DNA of 64,000 bases from Antedon mediterranea (lineage: Eukaryota > Animalia > Echinodermata), in contig NC_092679.1 of NCBI RefSeq assembly GCF_964355755.1, positions 1,208,201-1,272,200 of the forward strand, in the 5' to 3' direction. Every line of letters starts with the position of its first letter. Within the stretch, counting starts at the first letter, position 1. Below are positions 23,155-34,943 of this stretch, in pieces. Position numbers and translations under genes: made by a program. The notes under the pieces were generated by a model, which searched no databases, was not told the DNA's origin, and saw nothing but the letters and a program-made list of their open reading frames with translations.

Positions 23155-25851
23155 TTAAACTGATTTTGATGGTAGCGACTGAACAGCTAGAGCGAAGTAC
23201 GTCAACATCACACCAATAACCTGCAACGAATCAAAACAACAACTATGCTTGTTTAAGTTCGAATGACAAAGAAAAGTTGTTTAAGTTTGGTTTACACTAC
23301 AACGCATGGATATACACGCATCGCAATCAATTTGACCAATCACAAGTAGGCCTACGACACGCAAGTAATTTGACCAATCACAAGTAGGCCTACGACACGC
23401 AAGTAATTTGACCAATCACAAGTAGGCCTACGACACGCAAGTAATTTGACCAATCACAAGTAGGCCTACGACACGCAAGTAATTTGACCAATCACAAGTA
23501 GGCCTACGACACGCAAGTAATTTGACCAATCACAAGTAGGCCTACGACACGCAAGTAATTTGACCAATCACAAGTAGGCCTACGACACGCAAGTAATTTT
23601 ACCAATCACAAGAAGTGGGCCTACGACACGCAAGTAATTTGACCAATCACAAGTAGGCCTACGACACGCAAGTAATTTGACCAATCACAAGTAGGCCTAC
23701 GACACGCAAGTAATTTTACCAATCACAAGAAGTGGGCCTACGACACGCAAGTAATTTGACCAATCACAAGTAGGCCTACGACACGCAAGTAATTTGACCA
23801 ATCACAAGTAGGCCTACGACACGCAAGTAATTTTACCAATCACAAGAAGTGGGCCTACGACACGCAAGTAATTTGACCAATCACAAGTACGACACCCAAG
23901 TAATTTGCCTGAACTGTCATCATTCTTGATTGGTCAAACTACATACGTTGCGCGCACGAACGCCGCCTAGTGGAAACCATGCTTTATAAAGCGTGGTTCC
24001 CACTAGAACGTAACGCAAGGACGTAAACGCAACGCAAGCGAATTGACCAATCACAAGCGATGGCTTATTCGCTTGTGATTGCTAACTGTCTATAACTTCG
24101 CTTGTCATTGGTTAAAACGCTTGCGTTGCGTTTACGTCCTTGCGTTACGTTCTAGTGGGAACCAAGCTTTAGTGAACTTACAGTAAGAATGAATCCTTTT
24201 GTTATCGGCATTAAAGTGTATACAGTAAACGCAATGTTTGGTCCGTTGAGTTTTGCCAATAGCATATCCATCTAATAAAATGATTTAAGAATAAACATAT
24301 TACTCCGTACAAGATACTGAAAAGCGGTATGTTGTAGCGTAACAATGTTATACCTACCTCTAAAACGTACTTGTTAGAAGGTTCTGATGGCACAATCGCA
24401 TTGTGTATAAAATGGACAATTTCATGTGCCTATATATAAAATGAAAACGAATAAATTCACTTATTTTTTTATGTATTATTATTATTATACAGTGGTTATT
24501 ACAAAATATTCATAACCCAGGCATTTAAGACTAGAGCTGCCTCGTTAGTGTTGTATCGATCGTGTTGAATCAAGTAAACTTTCCACAGTCGCCGCAAGGT
24601 CTATCGCAGTCGACGGAAAGTTGAATAATGTTCCGTCTACGGCGGCCGTGCTTACGTCTACGCTACCGAGCTGACGTCTACGGCGACCGTGCTTACGTCT
24701 TCAGTTCTCACTGCCTACTTTTTCTACTTTACGTTACATAAAATCTCGCTCTCCTCTGAAAAAGACTGATAATGTGATTGAACAAACACCTTTCGACTTA
24801 CCTGTTCGTGCATCACAGCCGAAAACCACGAAACCGATGCGATCATTGACACCACCGCAGTTGTCCAAATTGTCATCATAGCATACACAAACAATGAAAA
24901 CTGGTTATGTATTAATATTAACTGATACAATAAAAACGTCAACATGGCGATTGTTGTCGAATACTCCATAGCTAGGTAAAGACAGAACATTTGATCAGCT
25001 TTGTACACAGCAATCGCTAAATTCTGGTGCTGGGTTCTTAAGAAGCCGCAGGATTCGACCCAACGTTCTTTTTTCAAGCATTCTATAACTACAAGTCTAA
25101 GATTAATAAATTGCCTCGTAAGTACCTTCGCGATGACAACAAATTCGGCTACAGGAAAGAAATAAGCTAGCGTGTGAAAAGGTATCAGGCTCATTAATGG
25201 AATCTGTGCGTCTTCCGGTAACGGTGCGTAATAGTACAACGTCTCGTTTTTTGTCTCTTCGATCGGTCCAACTCTCGCGATAAATATAATACTCGTGTTC
25301 ACCATCGTTAGTATTATTATAGAACCGATTATAAGCTTGATTGACTTTTGTAATTTAGGTTGGTTGATTCCCAGACCGTATTGAACACTTTGAACGCTTT
25401 GACAGAGTTGGTTCCAGTGGCAGAAGAAGTCTTCTGTGTTGGATGGTTGCAGATCTCGAACGAACCAAATGGTAGCTTTCATCGCGCACTGGAGGAACCA
25501 AGATAACGTGACTATTTGAGCGACAAACACTTCATTTCTAATGTCATTGTGGAGTCCGGACATTGTCCTTATGAAGTTAAACCAGAGAAGAAGTAGAACT
25601 AAAAAAGAGTAGATACGTTGTAGTAAAAGAAGTGACGTGTTCTCTGTCAGACGCACTGGACATCCGATACCGCAACACGTCATCCATTTATACAACAACC
25701 TAAGTTCGTGCTTAAGATTCACTCGTTTATAATGTAGCTTAATGTCATTTGTGAAGTGTGGTTCGACTTCTCCAAAACATATTTTTGCTGAAGGTCTACT
25801 ATTACCCCCACTCGTCACCTCTGGGTGTACTGCTTTCGATATGCTATACAT
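23155..25851 (-). CDS. Gustatory receptor-like (GRL, 7tm_7 family) protein, ~425 aa; exons 25851-24802, 24429-24358, 24271-24182, 23220-23155
   Basis: Multi-TM first exon; three phase-0 C-terminal introns with a 90-bp penultimate exon; TM7 motif GFILT|VIGVMLTYFALAVQ (TY-x-x-L-x-x-Q). Confidence 0.85.
23284..23983. repeat. MITE family A derivative containing a ~15-copy 38-bp tandem array (23331-23905)
   Basis: Unit tttgaccaatcacaagtaggcctacgacacgcaagtaa; outer ends resemble family A TIRs and are flanked by TTA. Confidence 0.85.
23990..24168. mobile_element. MITE family A (179 bp, palindromic)
   Basis: AGC(T/G)TGGTTCCCACTAG...CTAGTGGGAACCAAGCT TIRs; near-identical to 27836-28014 and 35593-35771. 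Confidence 0.9.
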
Positions 25852-26944
25852 TTTGTATGTTTAAGAACAAACTTAAGTCATCATTCATATTAATTGTCAG
25901 ATAAGTTCCCACGTTATGATTTTAGCCATCATCCATTCATCCATCCATATAAAATCTCAGAGCAATGGTGTAATCGTTCTCTAAGACTTTAGCAATTCAT
26001 AGATAATGAAGTCTAAAATTATGCATAATTAAAAATGATAATAAAACCACCGATCAGCATAAGTAAATAAATAAAAGTTAGCACGATCAGTAACGGTATC
26101 AAGACAGCCCACTTCTGCATATTGTGCAAAGCTTATACTGTAGGAGACTAGCTAGGCCAGCAAGAGGCGTCTTCCAGTGCAAGTTATTGTGGGTTGTTAG
26201 CCCACAAGCAACAGAGCTCCAAATGAAAAGATATACAACACATGATTGCAGCATACAACTGATGACGTGTTACGCGCGCACTCATGCCATCCATCAGGAG
26301 TAAAACTGAATTCAATTCGAGAAATAATTGTTAGTAAAACGTTTAAAAAAAACACTACTTTACAAAGTGTATACAATTACACGTCTTTCAACTTTTTAAT
26401 GAATTCGTTTAATTTAATTTAAGAAAAATAACAATTTCGTGTACAAAGGCTCCGTTTAATGGCACCGTAGCATTGATTGTTACCATTGATATATTGGTGT
26501 TTGTGTGTATTGTTGTAGGCCTAAACCTGGCCAGGTGTAAATGAACCACTAATGGACTATCATCATATGTCTGTACGTTGTGACGCCTTTAGCTACTGTA
26601 GTGCATTATTTTATAAATCATTAAATGTTTCAAATGTTTGTTCTTTTTATTGTGTAAATTATGCGTTTTTTTAATTTATTATTTCATTTATAGAAAGAAG
26701 AAATACACAAATATGAGTCATTTCTATTTACTATACGAAGTTTAGTAACTAGAATGATTTATATACAATATTGCGTCCCAGATACAGTACAAGCATTTGT
26801 ATAGTGACGTCACCGTTATTTTGTAAATAAATGTTATTTTGATTGAAGACTTTTGGAAAAATATTGTAAAAATACAATCGCTCAGATTTTGTTTATATCC
26901 ATAACGAAAGCTCGTTTTTTTCTGCACCTGCCAGACTAAAATTG

Positions 26945-27062
26945 GTCATATAGGCTACATGGCTGCAGTCACGTGCGTAAATGTTAGTTGAGTGTTTACC
27001 AACCGACCGACCAACCGACTGACATAGTGAGCTGTAGAGTCGGATTTGCACGCGACTAAAAA
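26945..27062 (-). mobile_element. Short DINE-1/HINE-like element
   Basis: Subterminal AGTCGCGTG inverted repeats and ccgaccaa microsatellite; same family as 28609-28705. Confidence 0.6.
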
Positions 27063-27598
27063 CGAATGATATAAAAATATGAATAAATTAGACTAATATC
27101 ATTGGTTTCATGTCAATGTACTCTACTTTCGTTTATCAAGTGCTTTCCGAACGTTAAAACAACATAAACACTATAGAAAGTGAAAAACATTGTGGGTGTT
27201 TATGAAAGCTAAATAACCGTATAGAATATTGGGTTTGGTAAACATGTAAAGATTTGGTACAATGATCATAGAGGTATAGCACTGATCAGCCATAACGGAT
27301 CACCACAATAACCTATAGTAGTTAGAAAAGAAAGACTAGATTTGATAATCCTCTCTGAATTTAAACCTATCATTGTATTGATGGTAGCCTATAATCTATA
27401 CGGCTTAGACTACCGCATTGGTTGATATGCGTCGTTGGTTTTGTTGTTTACGCATAACAATGATATTATTTTAGAACGAAATTATTGTGTTATATGATGT
27501 ATAGAATGATATTGAATTGTGGTATAAATGGCGTCGTCGTAACTTTACGGTAAAAATTCATCGTATGCGCGCCTATGTTCCAGCACTGAGTATACGCA

Positions 27599-30500
27599 AT
27601 GTTACTGGTACCACAACAGGCCGCAATCATTCTATTCAATGTCTTTGTGATAACCACTGCAACCGGTAAGTGTATAATTGTTCGAGTTATTTCCACTAAT
27701 AGGCCTACCATGCCTATCATACTTCTTACTCCTTAGTATAGTAAGTAGGCCTATTATGTAGTAGCCCTATTGATTTTGGTCGCCTCATTAATTTTTTCAG
27801 TCAAAATATTTAATATAGCCTCTAGTCGTTGTTTAAGCTTGGTTCCCACTAGCGACGCAACGCAGGGACGTAACGCAACGCAAGTGAATCGACCAATCAC
27901 AAGCGATGGCTTATTCGCTTGTGATTGCTAACTGTCTATAACTTCGCTTGTCATTGGTTAAAACGCTTGCGTTGCGTTTACGTCCTTGCGTGACGTTCTA
28001 GTGGGAAACAAGCTTAAAGACCCAATAAAAACATATATTGTGCATGTAAAGCCTGATACTATACAACTGTTGCGCTCAAAACCTGGTACAGGTAGTTAAT
28101 AGGTAGGCCTATACTACCTAATTATAATTTACATTTCGTATTTACTAATAAAAACATACAAAAATCGTTGTCTTTCTTGAATGAATTATGATGACCTCTG
28201 GGGAAACTAACCCAATACTAACGGAAATAACCTATTCGTTGAAACCTATTGTCTATTGAACTTAATCGGAAATTTTCAAATCAAAAGTTTCCTAAAAATA
28301 ATGAGACTAGAACTAATTTTAGAAATATTTGTCAATGATTATTATATTCAGAATATTTTGAAAACAATGACGACACCTGACATTGGAAAAAAGAGCACAA
28401 TAATTTATTAAAATTAGAGCAAACTCAAGTTTAAATTACAACAAAATAATTATTTATTAATTAACTTATGTAATGATTGTTATGCTTTTCCCCAAAATAT
28501 GCGTTCCTAGAAGACAAACAGATTTACACAATTGTAAATAGCCAAAATGGTTGGATTTGTTGATCTCGTAATAGGCGTAGGTTTTCGTCATCTATAGGCC
28601 TGCATCAAATAACAAGCCATATACATGGCTGCAGTCGCGTGCTCAAATTTGAGTTACCGACCAACCGACCGACATATTGAGCTGTAGAGTCGCGTGACTA
28701 AAAATACTATTCCTAGTTAGGTCTATCATTTAAAAGTCTGTCTTATGATTACAGATGTACTTATTCGACTTGCGGCCAGTGCATCACCAGAAATGGGCCG
28801 TTTAGAGGTCAAAATAAATGGTACTTGGGGGACGGTGTACAGCAGTAACTGGGGTGAACGGGAAGCCCATGTTGTCTGCCGTCAGTTAGGCTACATTGTA
28901 CCAGTCACTCGTAATCCTTTATTGGGTCACTTTGGAAAAGGAATAGGAATGCCAGTGCACATGGCAGGTGTAAAGTGCCACGGGAACGAGAGTAATATCC
29001 TAGACTGTCTGTATAAACGACCAATGGAGGATAGCCATGGAGAAGACGTTGGTGTCATATGTAAACCGAACGAAGCATCTGGTAAGAATTCTGCCACTGA
29101 TATTATTATTATGGCCGACTTCTGTTGTGAACGACAATGTCAGTTAGTCTTGCATTCATCTGAATGATGGTGGAACTTACTAAGCCAGGACCTTTGACTG
29201 GTCATATCATTGACCAAGAGCTTCTCTCGTCCAGTGCCCACCTTAGCCAGAGAAGAGGCATAAGCCGATACGTCTGATACTGCTGCTCATTAAAGATTGG
29301 CCTCATAAGGAGGACAATTGAAAGCTGTGACATATGATAGTTTTTGAGCTAACATCTTAATTAAACAACATTCTCTCTTTTTTCCCTTCCTTTTTTCAAG
29401 ATTATCACGTGAGACTAAGCGATGGTGATTTAGATAATTCTGGAAGAGTCGAAATTTACCTCCGTGGAACTTGGGGGAGCATTTGCGACACCAATTGGAA
29501 CTTGAATGGTGCCACTGTCGTCTGTCGTAACCTTGGCTTTGCTGCTGCTGATGCCTACCATCCAGCTGGCGACGTCGGGGAATCGTCAGAAATCCATCTA
29601 CATGACGTCTTGTGTCAGGGTACAGAGAGCGGTTTACGATACTGTGGACACCAGGTTTACAACGAGACTACGCCGTCGGCTTGTACGGGAGGGCGTAGTG
29701 TAGGAGTGACGTGTCTTCAAAGAAAAGGTAAGTCTAAAAGTGCCTCCGTTGTAGTACCCGTACCCATAATTAAAACACACCGAAACGCCGACAAATGAAT
29801 CAGATTAATCTACTCTATATATCTATCTATCTCTCTTTATTTAGATTTTCAGACTAGGTTGATGGGCAGTAATCAACCAAATGAGGGTAGAATCGAAGTT
29901 CTTCTAGAAGGAGTTTGGTCTCCTGTGCTCAGTAGGAATTGGGAACTGAGAGAAAGTAGCGTTGCTTGCAGGGCGCTAGGCTACGAGACGGCTTATGATG
30001 CTGTGACTGATGGACGCTTTGGTGACGGCCAGAGTGGGTTGGTTTACGGTATGGTAGACGTGGAATGCAAAGGCAAAGAAACCAGTTTGCATGCTTGTAC
30101 TTATAACTTAGAACAGCTTAGCACCATCGGATCAGATAAATACAAAGTCGGCGTGGTGTGTGGAAGCATAAATGCAATTGGTAAGTGGTGTGCCATTTGG
30201 TTTCAGAGAGTACTCTACCGTAAATTTTTACATCGAGTAACTCTTCTGTCGAAAAATACACGAAGTATTACTCAGTAAACCGTTTTCAAGTCTGTGCTTC
30301 TTAGGCCTATTACAACTTTTTAACCCTTTCAACTTTTTATAGATGGAGACGTCCGTCTCGTAGATGGAAAGAATCTTAACGAGGGCCGCCTGGAAATACA
30401 CCATTTTGGGAAATGGGGTTCAATCTGCATGGATGAAGATGGATGGTCGGTAGAAGATGTCACCGTGGCATGTGTACAGCTTGGCTATCCGAGTGGTAAT

Positions 30501-33500
30501 TCCACAATTGAGTCGATTCCAGGACCCAAAGACCAGCCAATTTACCTCAATGACGTAATCTGCTCTGGTAATGAGAAGAGTCTGTCAGATTGCCAGCATG
30601 GTGACTGGGGCATTCATGATTGTAGCCACAAACAGGATGTAGCACTAGCTTGCAATCGCAATAAAGGTACGAAGAAAGTGACAGAGAAGAAAAGAAAAAT
30701 ACTTGAAACATTTTATTAAACCTTCAAGATTTATCAGTTATCCCAGTAGGCCTGCTGTAAACACATTTGTGAAACGAAATGTTGAGATCAAAAGTGCATT
30801 TACCATTAGATTAAAAAAAATGTAATTATTTGTTTCATAGATTTCGACGTCAGACTTGTTGGCGGCGAAGTCGCATCAGAAGGCATAGTCGAGGTTTTTA
30901 TTAACTATGTATGGGACGCTATGTGCTACAAAGACTTGTTGATAAATGATGCGTACGTGGTATGTCGTTCACTAGGATTTAACGCAAGTGAAACTGTTTA
31001 TCTTAGTCCTACACATGTTCCTGAAACGTTTCATAGGATAACACTAAATTGTGTTGAGTCAGATAAGACTATTGAAGAATGTTCCCCAACAGAGGGCGTT
31101 AATCAACTGTGCCACAAACCTGCTAGCATTAGCTGCTCAGCCTACTCTGAAGGTAGTGCAACATTTTGAGAGGTTTTTAAAGTTTGAATATCTTCGTACC
31201 TCCCATTTGCTGAATTATTCTATAAACAGTAGAAATATTCAATCATCTGATTGCATTTTTATATAGACTAATAATGGAGCGAGTTCAGAATCTAATTGAA
31301 TTGTATTTATCCTATCTCACTCCAAAGATGTTTCTCCAAAGATCTTTCCGGGCACCTGTCTTCATTATCATATTGCATTGAATTTTTCCTTACCCCTTTT
31401 TTCAGAGTTTGTAAATAAATGTTTTGATATGAAATGAAAATCTTATGAACATTATACATTGCGGAGTGGTCAGTGTTTTGCCACTACCGTCACTACTATC
31501 ATCTAATATTATTCTCTTTATAGATGGCCAATTCCGTTTACTGGGAGACAAACAACACGAAGGCGTTCCAGGTTCTTTTGAAATTCTTTCATCAAAAACC
31601 GAATTAATTTGTGACGATGATATCACTATTTTCGACAAAAATGTAATTTGTCGAAGTATGGGATATGCTTCTGCCAAAACCAATTACAATTTACCAAAAT
31701 CGATTTCCACAAAAAAGTTTGATAGTGGCTATGGCTGCTTTGTTAAAAACATTGCTTGCAAAGGAACGGAAAGGGATGTCCGAGATTGTCCGAAGCTTTC
31801 CGACGAAATGTCGACAAGTTACGACTTAAAAGCTATGTATACTTTTTGCAACGACTTTACAGGTATTGGTATTAAGTTAATTGTGTTTCTATAGAAATAA
31901 GCCAAGTGACAATCCAGATGTTTTCTTTATAAAATCTACGGTGGCGGATCCAGTGGCGGATCCAGGGGTGAGGGGGGGGGGAGGAGCGCACCCTCCGCAC
32001 GCATCTCCCCCCCCCCTATAAATTATCCTACCATTATGGGAAAAAAAAATCGGGAAAAGAAGCGTAAAAAAGAGTAAAACTTTCACTTTTGATTTAAATA
32101 CATTGTTTTAGCGCCGTGCTAAATTACTTTTTATTAGAGGTCACCATTGCCGATGCTGTAAATTTCTAAGAGTTGCGAAATGAATTGCCTATTTTCACCA
32201 GAAAAATAAACGCATTTTGGTCTCTGGATGTAACATGATATTGACGCGTGTATTGTACCCATACTCGGGCTCGAACGATTCGTACAAAGGACACCGCCAT
32301 ACAACCGCGTAGGTCTACCTATTGTTTCGATCGCTGGCAGTCAGCAAGCATAAATAAAAGTGTATATACGTCAAAAATGGAACGCCGTGGTTACCTACAG
32401 ATCATCATCATAGAGGATTTGTTAATAATAATATCGTAGGCCTACTGTGGTCACTGTGTAGGCCCTACTGTAGTGTACATTATAGCAACCGATTTTTTTT
32501 TCTAGGCCACCCACCCAACTGTATCAATATCTATTTATATATTTAATTTCTTCAACAAATTGATGTAAATAATATTGAGCCATAATAAAAGCATTAAATT
32601 TGCTTCCCCTAGATGGACGTTCGCATTGAACTTGAACGCAATCAAAACTAAATACTGAGTGAATGAAATCGGCAACAAAATGTTATATCGTCCTGTAATT
32701 AGTCACGTGTGTTTATTGGAGGGAATAAGTATGATCGTTTTGCTCATTGGTAGCATGCTGCATTATTATGAGAGTGTCTTTTCCTGCAAATTAGAGGTGC
32801 CATTTATCATGAATTTTATGTGCGAGAGTACTATTTCTTCCGGCCATCGGGTGCGTCATTTAACAAAGTTCTCTTCACCACCACAGGTCCTGTCGACGGC
32901 CTTGGAACAGCACCTTTTCCGCCATGTACGTGCAAACGCTGACTTGCGCGAAACGCCCTGTTGTGACTCTTTACTCAAAATAGGCCTATAGGGAAAATGT
33001 CACTCTTTAATAGGCTAGTACCTCAGTTTTCATATTTAAAATATCAATTTTTAACACAAAATCCTGGATCCGCCCCTGAATATCTGCCAGAATGTGTTTT
33101 CGTATTGAAATTCTATTCCAAATGTACTAATCAACGTTTGACTTCACCTTAAGTAGTAGGAGGATTGATTACATACAACATATCTTTATTTTATGTATTC
33201 ACTAAAGCTCTGTCTACACTATCAAACTTTATGCGACAAAAAAAATGAGATGTGTCCATATATGGATTATGATGATGTCATATCACTACCATATTTGGGC
33301 ACATCACCTACGTCACCAGTACTAGAGATCAAACTTAATCGTCTGCTTTTGCTTACTTCATTGACAGAGCATTCCGTTCGGCTGATTAGTCCTGCGTCGT
33401 CACTGGAAGGTAGGTTTGAGATCTACCATGAAGGTCAATGGGGAACTGTTTGTCGTTCGCCGTCCTGGTCATACAACGAGGACGCCGTCGTCTGTCGTTC

Positions 33501-34441
33501 ACTTGGTCTAGGACCGCCTTCTCACAACAGTAGTGCGGGATTGAAACATTTGAGAGGACGCGGACCAATACATTTGAGTGACGTCAGTTGTATTGGGTCG
33601 GAGAGCACTCTAGCAGAATGTAAACACAGTGATTGGGGAATCAATAAGTGTGTACACACCGATGATATTATGATCGAATGTTCAGGTAATTCAGTCAACT
33701 TTATCAATCCTTGAAAAAATATATAATATTTAAATTAGAAAAGTAAAAATGGAATGTATTGTGTACAGTTTTTTATGTCATCATTATCGACAATTATCAA
33801 TGTTGTCATCATTGTTATCAATCACAGTGTCATCTATTTATTGCATTCTCTCCTTGTTTATTAGTCTTCCCATCATTACGGGGCGCCATTCGGAATTATG
33901 TCAACATAATTTAACAGTGTCCAGAAGGCGCCTCATATACCACTCATTTCATATCCACGACTCGCATAATACCAATTTAATAATGTCTAAATTGTTTTCA
34001 GCTTCGCCTCCGAATGCTTGCGGTCATTCTTTATGTAAAGACGATGAGACTTGTCAACTAGGACCTTCATTGAATCTATTTTGTCAATCAGGTAGGCCTA
34101 GGTTACTTAATTGAATACTAAACAAAACACAACAGTATAACAGGACCACAATGTAAAACAAAACAGTAAAATAGAATACACATGTCGTACTACTTTGATA
34201 TTGTTATCTCTTTTTTTCAGCAGAAGATGGCGGTGGAATTCACCTAGTGTTTCTATTCCCTATCTTAGTCTTCTTTCTTATTGTAGCAGTTTATATAACA
34301 ATTCGATTGTGTCATTCTTTACCGGTTCAACCACACAAAGACTGTGTTCGCTATTTCAGAAGGTGTTGTCGAAAAAAAGGATCTAATTATCGGATAGTAC
34401 TCACCGGTGATGAGGTTATTTTAGTTGAAAATGAATCGTGA
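27599..34441 (+). CDS. Scavenger receptor cysteine-rich (DMBT1-like) type-I membrane protein: signal exon 27599-27665, 7 SRCR exons (28755-29081, 29401-29727, 29845-30180, 30343-30666, 30841-31152, 31524-31862, 33368-33685), Cys-rich exon 34002-34091, TM/tail exon 34221-34441
   Basis: Repeated VRL...EGRxEI...WG(T/S)xC...VVCRxLG...CxGxExxLxxC motifs, one domain per phase-1 exon; hydrophobic TM segment. Confidence 0.88.
27836..28014. mobile_element. MITE family A copy
   Basis: 179-bp palindromic element with TTA/TAA flanks. Confidence 0.9.
28609..28705 (-). mobile_element. Short DINE-1/HINE-like element
   Basis: Terminal hairpin AGCCAT-ATAC-ATGGCT, subTIR AGTCGCGTG, ccgacc microsatellite, A/T-run end. 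Confidence 0.6.
31939..33078. mobile_element. Non-autonomous DNA transposon (hAT-like CAG termini) in SRCR intron
   Basis: CAGTGGCGGATCCAGG (31951, with a partial duplicate at 31939) vs CCTGGATCCGCCCCTG (ends 33078); flanks aaaatcta/aatatctg resemble a decayed 8-bp TSD. Confidence 0.65.
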
Positions 34442-34943
34442 TACAAACAAAAAAGACGTGTTTATTGTTTTGGTAAAAAAACGGATAACATGGGGAAAAT
34501 TTAGAACAATGGAAAATTAAATGCGAGATTGAATATATTTACCTTTTTTTAAGATTTCAAACAATAAACTGAAACAGATGAGATTTAATACCAATATTTG
34601 TTGATAGGTGACGTCATGACGCGCTCGCGCCGATGCGATATGACAACCAACCAATTAAACTGCCCCTACGCTTTACGTCACTTTTTACATTAAAGTTTCA
34701 TACCATGATTGTCTCCTTAAGGTAGTGTAATTTATTCCTCGCAGTTTTTTGTAGCAACTTAAGTGGGTTTATACTGTACCACCATATTTAACTAATTAAA
34801 TACGGAATATGTATCTTTCTTGTTTAATATTAATAATTATGTAAACAAATTCATAAGCAATAATTATAATATGCATATGATTATACAGACGTAACCGATT
34901 TGTGTTCTTGCCTCAATATGCTGTGTAGACACGATTGATAACC

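Noticed and set aside
23331-23905. CRISPR-like regular array
   Set aside because: Units are contiguous near-identical repeats with no unique spacers, no cas genes, and a eukaryotic intron context
24724-24801. C-terminus VSRKVFVQ...CNVK of the 375-aa ORF
   Set aside because: Read-through into the intron after the CAG|GTAAGT donor; the true C-terminus comes from three downstream exons
32659-32991. 110-aa ORF inside the intronic transposon
   Set aside because: No transposase motifs recognised; probably a chance ORF
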